64,000 bases of DNA. Source: Ptychomitrium polyphyllum (Eukaryota). Of this stretch, positions 52,935 through 64,000 are shown one piece after another. The notes beneath the pieces are model-generated. The model was not told where the DNA came from, made no database searches, and saw only the letters and a list, made by a program, of their open reading frames with translations. Location of the stretch: assembly GCA_973851085.1 (NCBI GenBank), contig OZ316775.1, forward strand, positions 10,044,001-10,108,000, read 5' to 3'. Every line of letters begins with the position of its first letter. Within the stretch, counting starts at the first letter, position 1. The position numbers and the translations under genes were made by a program.

Positions 52935-54080
52935 TGTCGCACACCTCTCGTTGGAAGTGCTCGCAACACTAAGGGCACAAGAAGGACCCCGGAGTGACGT
53001 CCGAGACTTGTAGCGCCAATAGTGTGGAGAACCAAGTGGGCCTAGCGTGCGAAGGACCCTTAAGGGGAGAAACATCCTTGCCCATGTAAATCGACGGCCA
53101 CGAGGGGTAAATCGTAGGCATTGGAGGAATCACAAAGAGTTGATTCTAGACTGCTAAAGATTGCTCAAATCGAACAAGTGAGCTCAAAGTTATAGCGTCC
53201 CAAAGTTGGGGTTACCAAGGGGATGTTCTGGACTGTGGCAGCCTTACACAGTGACTGTACTAGAGTGAGATTGTCCAGGGAGGGACTCCCCGGAAGTCTC
53301 GAACCTTAGGAGAGGCATATCTCCCAAAATACTAACTCAAATTGGAGGTTTGAGGAGTCTATTGGCATCTACGCAATGAGTAGACAACAATAGAGTAGTT
53401 GTTTGATTAATTCAAGCACCAGACAAGGAAGATATGGCTTTTTGAAGGTTTGTAGGGAGTTCCGGAGGCTTCCAGCCGCTAAGTTCCAAGGGAGATTGGG
53501 TGGTCTTCCAAAACTTTGGGCGTGTCGAGGTTTGGCCAACTACAGAGGGCTAGGGGGCCTGCCAAAGCCCACACAGAGTACTATAGGGGAGGGCTGGTCT
53601 CCCTTCCCACTCCCCTAGTGTCCCGGTAGGAACCAAAGATGAATCCTGGTTGGTGGAGCTAGTATTGGGGCTTCACCACGGAGACTCCCACACCATTGTG
53701 GGCCGGTGGATAGCCGGTTTCACGAAGGGAATTAATACATTCAAAAGGGTACGCTTGTTACCACTAAGTTGAGGTGGTGTTTTCACGCCGGCACCATGAT
53801 GGCCCGGGGTGATCTTAGGATTACATGGGGGGATCATGAGTGGTGGTGAGGAGACACCACTAAATGCGGTTAGGTTGTGTAGAATGGGAGTAACACCAAG
53901 TGAGGCCTTGGACATGAATGGAAGTCCGCACCTAACCATTGACTACCAATAAATTGGGTGTCCTAAGAGAAATGGTAGAAAGACTTGGAGGGTGAAAATG
54001 AAGGTTAACCATGTGCATGTGGAGGTATACAGGGTTGACGCGCGTGACGCTTGCTAAAGTGCATTGCAAGGGTTGCATCA
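52935..54080 (+). repeat. 3' LTR of element C
   Basis: TGTCGC...GCATCA, preceded by the PPT and followed by the TSD. Confidence 0.93.
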
Positions 54081-55666
54081 AAACTGCTAAGTTGTTCTTA
54101 AATCACGTCTACTGCATACATGGACTACAAAATAATATTGTATCCGATAAAAAGCGGCAGTTCATTTCCAACTTTTGGAGGGTTCTATTCCAGGAGTTGT
54201 GTATAAAGATCAATCTTTCTTCAACACACCATCCGCAAACTGATGGCCAAATCGAACGTGTGAATCGAATTTTGGAGCGATACCTTCGTTGTAGCATAAA
54301 CTACCAGCAAGACAACTGAATGGACCTCTTTCCTTTGGCAAAATTTGCTTATAATAATGTAGTGCATTCTTCAACAACTCAAAGTTCATTCTTTACAAAC
54401 TATGGCCATCATCTTTGAGTAGATCCATTTCAAGTGAAGCATGTTGGAAGTCCTGCAGCAGAGGATTTTGCAATTCAACTTGCTAAAATCCATCAAGAAA
54501 TTACCTTCTAGTTACAATAAGCTTAAGATTGTTACTAAACTTATGCAGATTGCTAGCGGAAGGACCATCCAAAGTTCAAAGTTGGAGATAGCGTATGGCT
54601 CCTATGACGAAATATAAAAACAAAAAGACCATCAAAGAAGTTAGACTATCAAAGGTTGGGACCGTTTGAACTCAGCAAACAAATAAATCCAGTTAGTTAT
54701 CACCTAAAGCTACCACCAAGCCTGCAAATTCATCTAGTATTCCACGTATCGTTGTTGGAAACCTATAACAAATTATGTATACCAGAGAGAATTGTCCCTC
54801 TGCCTCTTCCGTTGGAAATCAATAATGAAATCAAATATGAAGTGGAAGAGATCTTAGATTCACGCACCAAAAACGGACTTGTATAGTACTTTATACATTG
54901 GCAAGGATATGACATCAATGACCGAACATGGGAACCTTTAACGAATGTAATAAATGCATCCGAGAAGGTACGCAAATTTCATCAAAGATATCCTTTGAAA
55001 CCATGTCAATGATGATGTGTCATCAATAGCCGTTAGCTTCACAGAGAAGTTTTTCCTTCATGGACAAGTATAAGAAGGGAAGAGTGATATTCAAACCTCC
55101 AATTGTATGCACCGTTATTTCCAAGATAGATCATTTCTAGATCCTAACTAGTATGTCAAATCTTCGTGTTATCATGGATATGCGTGAAGAATAGTCGGCC
55201 ATGCCTTCATCAACAACAGCATCTGTTGAGCCAATTCAACTTTTTCAGCCCTCGGTAACAAATGATCTAAGCCAAGATATGAAAGGGACATTCCGACGTT
55301 GAGTGCGACCTCGTGCAGAAGTATTGACTAGTCGCCCTTCACATTCTAGTCTTGGTTCAGATGCTTGCGCTCTAGTCATCTTATTAGAAATTGGAAGAGT
55401 CACTCCTGGAGGATCCGAAATCTTGTTTGGAGGATGTTTTGAAGGACTTAATCAAGATCAGATCTTGAGATGGAACATTTCAACAACAAAAGTCTTGGCC
55501 GATGGTCATCGGCGCTTTTTGCAAGGACTAGTTGAACCAGTGAACATAGAACAACGAGCTGAATATGATGCTTCACTCCTTCGACAAATTTTGGAATTTG
55601 TAGTAATATGACAAGCAAGCCAAGAAAAAGGCTCTTCATGGGACTTGTGGCTAAATGGGGAGGTGA

Positions 55667-56188
55667 TGTCACGGACATAGATCATGCAACATAGTCCTTA
55701 GAACATTCTAAAACCTTCTAGTATACTATAATAGCTTCTTAGAATACTTTTAGATGTCTCCATAGCCTTTCCATGTTCTTAGGAAGCTTCCAAGGAAAGT
55801 TCCTCCACCTTAAAAATCTTCCTAAGAAGGTTCCATCATCTCAAGTAACTTCTTAGGAAATTTCCTATAAAGATTCCATTGCCTTAGGAAGCCTCTTAGG
55901 AAGGTTCCAAGATCTTAGAAAACTTCTTAGGAAGGTTCCCTAGACTTCCAGAACATTCTTAAGCCTTGTAGAAAGCTTCTTTAAAAGTATCCTAGGAGAT
56001 AAAAACGTCATAGTATAAATAGGAGGCAAGACAAGGTATTCCTTAGTCTTGCCAACACAAGTTGTGGATCATCTTGAATCTTGCTTTGTTCTAGTTTTTG
56101 TATGAAGTTTTTGTTAATTATTAGCTATTTGGAAGATAATTCTTGGGAAATACTTCGGTTTTACTTCTTGTTTCTTGTGTCCATAATA
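55667..56188 (+). repeat. 3' LTR of element B
   Basis: Colinear with 43500-44022. Terminal CA has mutated to TA. Followed by the TSD TACCG. Confidence 0.93.
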
Positions 56189-58730
56189 TACCGCATATAT
56201 GAACTATCAAATGATATTGTATCCAATTGTGGACTACAATTCATTTCCAACCTTTGGAGGTCTCTATTCTAATTGTTGCACATGAAGATCAATCTTCTTT
56301 TATCACACCTTTTGCAGACCAATGGTCAAACCAAATGTTTGAATCAAATTTTAAAGCAGTACCTTTATTACAATCTAAACTACTAGCAAAACAATTGATG
56401 GACCTTTTACTTTTGGCAGAATTCACTTACAACAATACAATGCATTCTTCAACAACGCAAAGTCCATTCTTTGTAAATTATGGCCATCATCCTTGATTAG
56501 ACCCATTTCAAGTGAAGCACGTTGGAAGTTTCCTAGCAGAAGATTTTGCAACTCAACTTACTGAAATCCACTACGAACTTGCTTTTCAATTACAACAAGA
56601 TCAAAATTGGTACAAAACTTATACAGATCATTATTGGAAAGACCATCCAAAGTTTAAGGTTGGAAAGAATATATGGCTCTTACAACAAAATATACAAACA
56701 AAAAGTCTGTTGAAAAAGCTGGACTATCAAAGGCTGGAATAATTTAGAATAAGCAAATAAATAAATTTGGTCAATTATTGCTTTAAACTACCACCAACCA
56801 TGCAAATTCATCTAGTATCCCACGTATCTTTATTGAAAACCTACAATAAGTCATATATACCAGAGAAGATTATTCTTCCACCTTTCTCTGTAGAAATCAA
56901 TAATGAAATGGAGTATAAAGTCAAAGAAATCTTAAATTTGCACATCAAGAATGGACGTGTGAAGTACCTTATACATTGACAAGGACATGGCATCAATGAC
57001 CAAATATAGAAACCTTCAATGAAAGTAACAAATGCATGTGACAAGGTATGTGAATTTCATCAAAGATATTCTTAAAAACCAAGTCATTGATGACGTATTA
57101 TGATAAATCAATAGCTATTAGTTTTACGGAAAAGATTTTTTATAGACAAGCATAAGAAGGGGGGAAAGATATCCAAACCTCCAATTATATGCAGCATTAT
57201 CTCTAAGATAGATCATCTTTAGATCCCAGCTAATATGTCAAATCTTTGTATTATTTTGGATATGCTTGAAAAGTAGTCGGCCGTGCCTTCTTCAACACCA
57301 GCACCTATTGAATCAAATCAAATTTCTCAACCTTCAGTATTAGAGGATTCAAGCCAAGATATGAGAGAGACATTCAATATCGAATGCAACTTTGGGCAGA
57401 AGTTTAGATTAGTCGCCTTCCACATTCCAGTCTTAATTTAAATGCTTAAGCTCTAGTTATCTTGTTAGAAATTGGAAGAGCCACTTTGTTGGAAAACTTC
57501 CTACAAAGGTTCCAACTCCTTGAAAAACTTCCTAGAAAGTTTCCACTGTCTTAGGAAACTTCTTGGCAAGGTTCTATAGACTTCTTAAATACTCTTCAGT
57601 TTCATAAGAAGCTTTTTTAGAAGTATCCGAGGAGGTACAAGCATCATAGTATGAATAGGAGGCAAGAGAAGGTATTTCTTAATCTTATCAACACAAATTG
57701 TGGATCATATTGTATTCTGTCTTGTTATAGTCTTTATATTAGTTCTTATTAATCATTAGCTCTTTGGAAGCTAATTCTTGCAAAACACTTTGTCTTTGTT
57801 TCTTGTTTGTTGTATTCCTAACACTTTTATTAGGCAAAGCTCTCGTAAAGATATTGTTTGATTTATCTCTGCAAAGCAAAATAGAAGCCAATATTCAATT
57901 AGTTAATCTTTAGCTTTTTATATACAAAATCTAAATCATTCTTCCTCTTCTTTGTTCATCCAATGAATCATAAATACAGCCAACATGATTTGCTACTTTT
58001 ATCATTGTTTTGATTTTCTAAATTTCAAAAGTTGGTAGACTTCCATATATGAGTGGTATCTTTGGCACAAAAAAATTACAAATTATTTCCATTCATGAAG
58101 ACTTGTTAAGGAACCATTATTATAATAGTACTTGTTATTGCAAATAGAACCATATAAATCTAGAAGCATATCTAGCGGAAACATCTTTTAAAATTGAATA
58201 TTGAATACAATTTTTGACAACTAAGCATAAGCTACACATTGCAAATCAAGATATCTATGGTGGTGGTTTATATTCAAGCTTTTAACTAAACTAACAAAGA
58301 AAAAAATTCATTATAATAATAAAAATTGTAAAAAACTTGTCATAAATGAAGTATCTATTTCTATTATATCATTTCTATAAGATATAGAATAAGAACCTAA
58401 AAGTAATTTTTTATACTTTTATTGTTCATTTTGAGACCTATCTTTTAAAAATAAAAAATTTACAACATTGTTATAAAAATGATACATTATGAAGCTAAAT
58501 GGAACTTCATAGTTATACAATTGAAACAATCAAAATTCATTTGTTAATTTTGAATACAATATATATTCACTTTTATACAAGAATATATGCTCACATAAAA
58601 AGTATCATAAAATATGTATACACTACAAAAATAAGATATAAAAGTGCACAAATTTGGTTACATCTTCCATTCAACTTTATATATATATTCAAATTAGAAA
58701 ACCAATTTAAAAATCTAAAGGAAAACAAAT

Positions 58731-61700
58731 TCAATGCTTTACCAAAGTTTCACAATTCCACGTCATTAAATTCTTCAAGAACACTAAGCTTTCAAACACC
58801 TCCGCCAACCTTTTCAATTTTCTACACCTTAAGAAATTTAATTCCTCCAATGCAATCAAATTCTCTAATCCATTTTAAAACTCTTCCAAAGCCTCACATT
58901 CCCACATCCCATGCTTCTTCAAGCATGTCAATCTTCCAAATCCTTCCAAGAACCCCTTCAATTTCCAGCACATCAAAAAGTTTGATTCCCCCAAAGCAAC
59001 TATTTCTCCAATCCCCTTGGAAACTCCTCCAAAGCCTCACATTGTTGCATCCTTAGCTTTTTCAAGCATGTCAAGCTTCCAAATCCCTCCGGCAACTCCT
59101 TCAAGTTTCTATACATTGAGAAGTCTAAATCCTCTAAAGCAACCAAATTCTCCAATGCACTTGGAAATTCCTCTAAAGCTTCACATTCCTGCATCCCCAG
59201 CTTCTTCAAGCATGTCAAGCTTCCAAATCCCTCAGGCAACCCCTTCAATTTCCTGCACTTCGAGAAACTCAATTCCTCCAAAGCAACCAAATTCCCCAAT
59301 CCACTTGGAAACTCCTCCAAAGCAACCAAATTCCCCAATCCACTTGGAAACTCCTCCAAAGCCTCACATTCCCACATTTGCAACTTCTTCAAGCATGTCA
59401 AGCTTCCAAATCCTTCTGGCAACTCCTTCAATTTCCTGCACTTTGAAAAGTCTAAATCCTCCAAAGCAAACAAATTCCCCAATCCACTTGGAAACTCCTC
59501 CAAAGCCTCACATTCCTGCATCTTCAGCATCTTCAAGCATGTTAAGCTTCCAAATCCCTCTGGCAACCCCTTCAATTTCCTGCAGTTCGAAAAGTTTAAT
59601 TCCTCTAATGCAACCAAATTCCCCAATCCACTTGGAAACTCTTCCAAAACCTCACACTCCCTCATGTACAACTTTTTTAAGCATGTCAAGCTTCCAAATC
59701 CCTCAGGCAATCCCTTCAATTTCTTACACATTGAGAAACTCAAATCCTCCAATGCAACCAAATTCCCCAATCCACTTGGAAATTCTTCCAAAACCTCACA
59801 CTCCCTCATGTATAGCTTCTTTAAGCATGTCAAGCTTCCAAATCCCTCTGGCAATCCCTTCAATTTCCTACACCTCGAGAAACTCAATTCCTCCAAAGCA
59901 ACCAAATTTCCCAATCCACTTGGAAACTCCTCCAAAGCCTCACATTCCCACATCCCCAGCTTCTTCAAACATGTCAAGCTTCCAAATCCCTCTGACAACT
60001 CCTTCAACTTCTTGCACTTTGAGAAGTTCAAATCCTCCAATACAACCAAATTCCCCAATCCACTTGGAAACTCCTCCAAAGCCTCACATTCCCACATCTG
60101 CAACTCCTTCAAGCATGTCAAGCTTCCAAATCCCTCCGGCAACCCCTTCAATTTCCTACACTTTGAGAAACTCAATTCCTCCAAAGCAATCAAATTTCCC
60201 AATCCACTTGGAAACTCCTCTAAAGCCTCACATTCCCACATCTACAATTTCTTCAAACATGTCAAGCTTCCAAATCCCTCAGGCAACCCCTTCAATTTCC
60301 TGCACTTTGAGAAACTCAATTCCTCCAAAGCAACCAAATTTCCCAATCCACTTGGAAACTCCTCTAAAGCCTCACATTCCCACATCCACAACTTCTTTAA
60401 ACATATCAAGCTTCCAAATCCCTCTGGCAACCCCTTCAATTTCCTGCACTTCGAAAAACTCAATTCCTCCAAAGCAACCAAATTCCCCAATCCTCTTGAA
60501 AACTCCTCCAAAGCCTCACATTCCCACATTTGCAACTCCTTCAAGCATGTCAAGCTTCCAAATCCCTCCGGCAACCCCTTCAATTTCTTGCATATCGAAA
60601 AGTTCAATTCTTCCAGAGCAACCAAATTTCCCAATCCACTTGGAAACTCCTCCAAAGCCTCACATTGCTGCATCCTTAGCTTCTTCAAGCATGTCGAGCT
60701 TCCAAATCCCTCTGGCAATCCCTTCAATTTCTTACACATCGAGAAGTTCAAATCCTCCAAAACAACCAAATTCTCCAATCCACTTGGAAACTCCTCCAAA
60801 GCTTCACATTCCCACATTTGCAGCTTCTTCAAGCATGTCAAGCTTCCAAATCCTTCCGGCAACGCCTTCAATTTCTTGCATATTGAAAAGTTCAATTCTT
60901 CCAAAGCAACCAAATTTCCCAATCCACTTGGAAACTCCTCCAAAGCCTCACATTCCTGCATCCCTAATTTCTTCAAGCATGTCAAGCTTCCAAATCCCTC
61001 CGGCAATCCCTTAATCTTCCTACACATCGAGAAGTCCAATTCCTCCAAAGCAACCAAATTTCCCAATCCACTTGGAAACTCCTCCAAAGCCTCACATTCC
61101 CACATCCCTAATCCTTTCAAGCATGTCAAGCTTCCAAATCCTTCCGGCAACCGTTTCAATTTCTTGCACACCGAGAAGTTCAATTCCTCCAAAGCAACCA
61201 AATTCCCCAATCCACTTGGAAACTCCTCCAAAGCCTCACATTCCCACATCGACAATTTCTTCAAGCTAGTCAAGCTGCCAAATCCATCCGGTATTGCCTT
61301 CAAACTAATACACTTGATAAATACGAGTTCGTTCAAAGTCTTAAGATTTTCCAACCCTTTGGGAAGTTCTTTCAAGAAAGGACAATTCACAAGGTGGAGG
61401 GCAACCAAGAATTTCATGGCGCACAAGTTTGTTGTAAGCTCTTTCAAGCTTGTACAATTCTATAGATGTAGATCACTCAAAGGTATTGACTTAAATGACT
61501 CATTTGGAAATGATTCAAGGAAGCTACAATTGTTAAGGTGAAGTACACGCATTTGACTAAGACTCTGATGTTCAGCAATGCTCCAAAACCTGGTAATGCA
61601 ATCTTTCTGGATTTTAACCGCATGATCTTCACTTGAAAAGTGCATGTTTAAGTATCGAAGTTTGGAAGGTGCATGTTTAAGTATCGAAGTTTGGAAGTTC

Positions 61701-64000
61701 GGCTTACAAGAGTTGAAACAATGTCGAAATCCTCACAATGGTGAAAAATCAGCAAGCAAAGGTTTGCATAGTTCATAGTGTCTACTTTTAAAGGTTTTTG
61801 GTACTCCAGGTTTTGTTTTGATCTTGTAAAAGATAAGCCTTGGATTAGCTCTGAACCCTAAATGCACACACATAACTTTGTTATAAATAACCAATTATTG
61901 ATGCACAAATTGACAGCATGCAAACTCATACATGTGAAAAGCATAAAATTTGACAAGCCAATAATGTGACTCTTACCATCCGATTACAATCATTGAATGT
62001 AGCCAAACATGATTCTCGATCTCGAGACCCTCCATATTCGGTTTCTGCAAGCATACGACCCATATCCCGCAGCTGAGCGTGCATGGTCACATCTCCATCA
62101 TTATTCACTTTCAATAATGATTTGTCCTTGAGATTGTCAAGGGCTTGTTTGGAAATTCTAACATCATCATCCGAAATGCGTTCTAATTCTCCTTCAGATA
62201 TCCAGCCAGGGTAAGAATCATCACAAAAGAAGTGAGCAACATCTAAAAACATGTGCTTCTCATTATCATTAAGATCATCAAAGCTAATTTTCAATGTCTT
62301 CCAAATTTTCTCATCTCCACTTCCATCATCTCTTGCTCGCATCAGCCGGTGCAAAGTTCGCTCCCATATTCTTAGTCGTTGATTTCCATGCAAGAAAGTG
62401 CCCATCACTTCCAAACTCAATGGAAGTCCATCACAAGCACCAACAATCTTCTTAGCCACGTCATCCAAATACAATAAGCAAGACTGCTTTGTTGCAAAGG
62501 CATGCATAGAAAATAATTCCATAGATTGGGCTCCATCAAGGGTTACCATATCCACTTTGCCATGCACCGGTACATGTTGTTCCAAGGACCTCCAAGTGCG
62601 ACTAGTTGCTATTAGTTTACTACCATCACCATCTTCAAACCTATCAACACCCAATAGGTCATGCAATCCACATTCAGTTCCAACATCATCCACAAGAATG
62701 AGAATCTTCTTTGATTTCCGAACACGTGCTAAGATGCCTTGTGCTTCCCTCAAAGAGTATATTTGAGGTTGCTCTTGCAAATCTTTCAACTTATTCTTTA
62801 GAATGAGTCTTCATTTCCCATCCTTCAACTCATCTACAAAGCATACTGCTTCAAACTTGTGGGAGATATGGCTACTTAAGGCCTTTGCCAATGTTGACTT
62901 GCCAATTCCACCCATCCCAATGATCCCCAAACTACCGACGTTTTGAAGCTTGCCTTCCAATTCAATGAGTTTCTTCTCAAGACCAATCAATTTCCAAGAT
63001 CTGCTTGTTTTGTCAATGACCTACAACATTTCAAAAAGCTCCCACATTTGAGGAACACAACAAGTCACATGAATAATCATATCTTCACACCTTTCATGAT
63101 TCAAGTCGCAAATTATGCTACACCATGGCATCTACTACATTTGTACAATAACTTGAAAGACACACATACCTCATTTGATGGACCAAAGTTTGCTTGGTCA
63201 ACTATCCAAGGGGTGCTGGAATCAAATTCTCCCATTTGCGGCAAAAACCAAAAGCATTGAACAAAGGCAGCAAAGTAGTGCCAAAGGAAGAAGAAACACT
63301 GCCATAAACCACCATGCAAATTTTCTTTGAGGTGTGTCCACCAGTGCTTGGGACCCAACACAAAACCAATCCCGGGTGTATACTCTTCACGCTTAGGGTC
63401 TCTATCTTCCAAACAACCTTGGAGCATTACCTTCTTCAACATTGTCAACTCTGTATAAATCTGAAGAAATGTAGGCCTCGCTGATGATTCTGAAGACCAA
63501 CAATTGCTTATCAACGATCTCAATTCTTGTGAACAAGCATTTGGCAACTCTGGCCTTCTACCATTCTCGATGTTTGTTTGATATGCATGAAAACTGCGAC
63601 CACCACCAAAAGGTTTTGTCCCCGAGACAATCTCACTGCACATCATGCCAAAACTAAACACATCGGCTTTCAAAGCATCAATTTCTTTCAAGGATTTGTC
63701 ACCTGCATTCTTCTTCATAGCCTCCGGTGCCATATATCCAGTAGTACCTATATTTCCTCCTGTGGGCGTTTGCAGAGTGTTCTTCACTTCGCCTTTTGAA
63801 ATACCAAAATCAAGCAACTTCACATGTACATGTGCCATGCCAACCACCTCCGGGACATCCACTGGATTCACAACAACATTCTCAGGCTTCAGGTCTCGAT
63901 GTGCTACCTTCATATCATGCATGTAACACATCCCACTTGCAATTTGTAGCATGATGTCCGTTGCAATTTCTTCTACAAGGGGGCCTCTCACTTCCAACAT
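58731..64000 (-). pseudogene. Protein kinase-NB-ARC-LRR (PNL-type NLR), disrupted; 5' end lies beyond the window
   Basis: Kinase motifs HRDLKPEN, DFG and APE. Phase-0 intron 63169-63021 joins the kinase to NB-ARC (P-loop GMGGIGKST, kinase-2 ILILVDDV, GSKLIATSR, GLPLSL, MHA), then an LRR array. In-frame stops at 62811-62813, 61460-61462 and 60242-60244, a 29-bp tandem duplication at 61640-61697, and a frameshift near 59000. Confidence 0.9.
58760..61290 (-). repeat. Coding tandem array, 144-bp period (two 24-aa LRRs), about 16 well-kept units plus 1-2 degenerate units
   Basis: Repeating LPEGFGSLTCLKKLxMxECEALEEFPSGLGNLVALEELxFSxCxKLKx; 16 GFGS motifs counted across the two minus-strand ORFs. 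Confidence 0.95.

Larger units (their letters stand above)
47839..54080 (+). mobile_element. Element C: Ty3/Gypsy chromodomain element lacking RT/RNase H, inserted in the integrase of B
   Basis: LTRs 47839-48986 and 52935-54080; TSD AAACT at 47834-47838 and 54081-54085; tRNA-iMet PBS; PPT AAGGTGGAGGTGAG. Gag with CHGCGKIGHFIAEC, protease (DTG changed to DTW), integrase and chromodomain EYEVEGIL..YFVKWRGY. Confidence 0.95.
43500..56188 (+). mobile_element. Element B: full-length, degenerate Ty3/Gypsy chromovirus (Tcn1/Tf1-like)
   Basis: LTRs 43500-44022 and 55667-56188; TSD TACCG at 43495-43499 and 56189-56193; purine tract before the 3' LTR. Gag with [14 protein letters not shown], protease, RT (YLDD), RNase H, integrase and chromodomain, with many stops. 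Confidence 0.95.
42557..57823 (+). mobile_element. Element A: old 5'-truncated Ty3/Gypsy chromovirus, split by element B (parts 42557-43499 and 56189-57823)
   Basis: Degenerate RNase H (YDIHDKELLAI), integrase and chromodomain (EYKVKEIL..KYLIH). Partial LTR at about 57490-57823 ends in CCTAACA. The integrase frame rejoins across B as NYIYRIYELSNDIVS. Same family as B. Confidence 0.85.

Noticed and set aside
58760..61290. CRISPR-like regular repeat pattern
   Set aside because: There are no unique spacers and no cas genes. This is a eukaryotic coding tandem repeat.
59017..61541. Two long plus-strand ORFs (665 aa and 625 aa)
   Set aside because: They are antisense shadows of the 144-bp LRR array. 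A stop-free repeat unit gives long ORFs automatically, and the minus strand carries the recognisable LRR.
18509..64000. Phytochrome-kinase chimera of the Ceratodon PHY1 type
   Set aside because: The phytochrome has a normal HKRD end and stop. The kinase is 40 kb away on the opposite strand and splices to NB-ARC.

Overview
Eukaryotic genomic DNA, most likely from a moss, judged by the phytochrome type and the kinase-NLR architecture. The gene-rich part (6-42 kb) holds a Gfo/Idh/MocA oxidoreductase, a CBS-domain SnRK1-gamma-like gene, a 7-exon canonical phytochrome (moss PHY5-like), a headless PMI1/PMIR-like fragment joined to a 758-bp duplicate of part of the neighbouring WDR6/Trm734-like gene, and an ELIP pseudogene missing its 5' end. 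From 42.6 to 57.8 kb, three Ty3/Gypsy chromoviruses are nested, with 5-bp target-site duplications resolved for the two inner ones. The middle element has no tRNA primer site but shows a Tf1-type self-priming signature; the inner element lacks RT/RNase H. The window ends in a disrupted protein kinase-NB-ARC-LRR immune receptor with an MHD-to-MHA change and about 16 highly similar 48-aa LRR units. Family assignments come from motif recognition by eye, not database searches.
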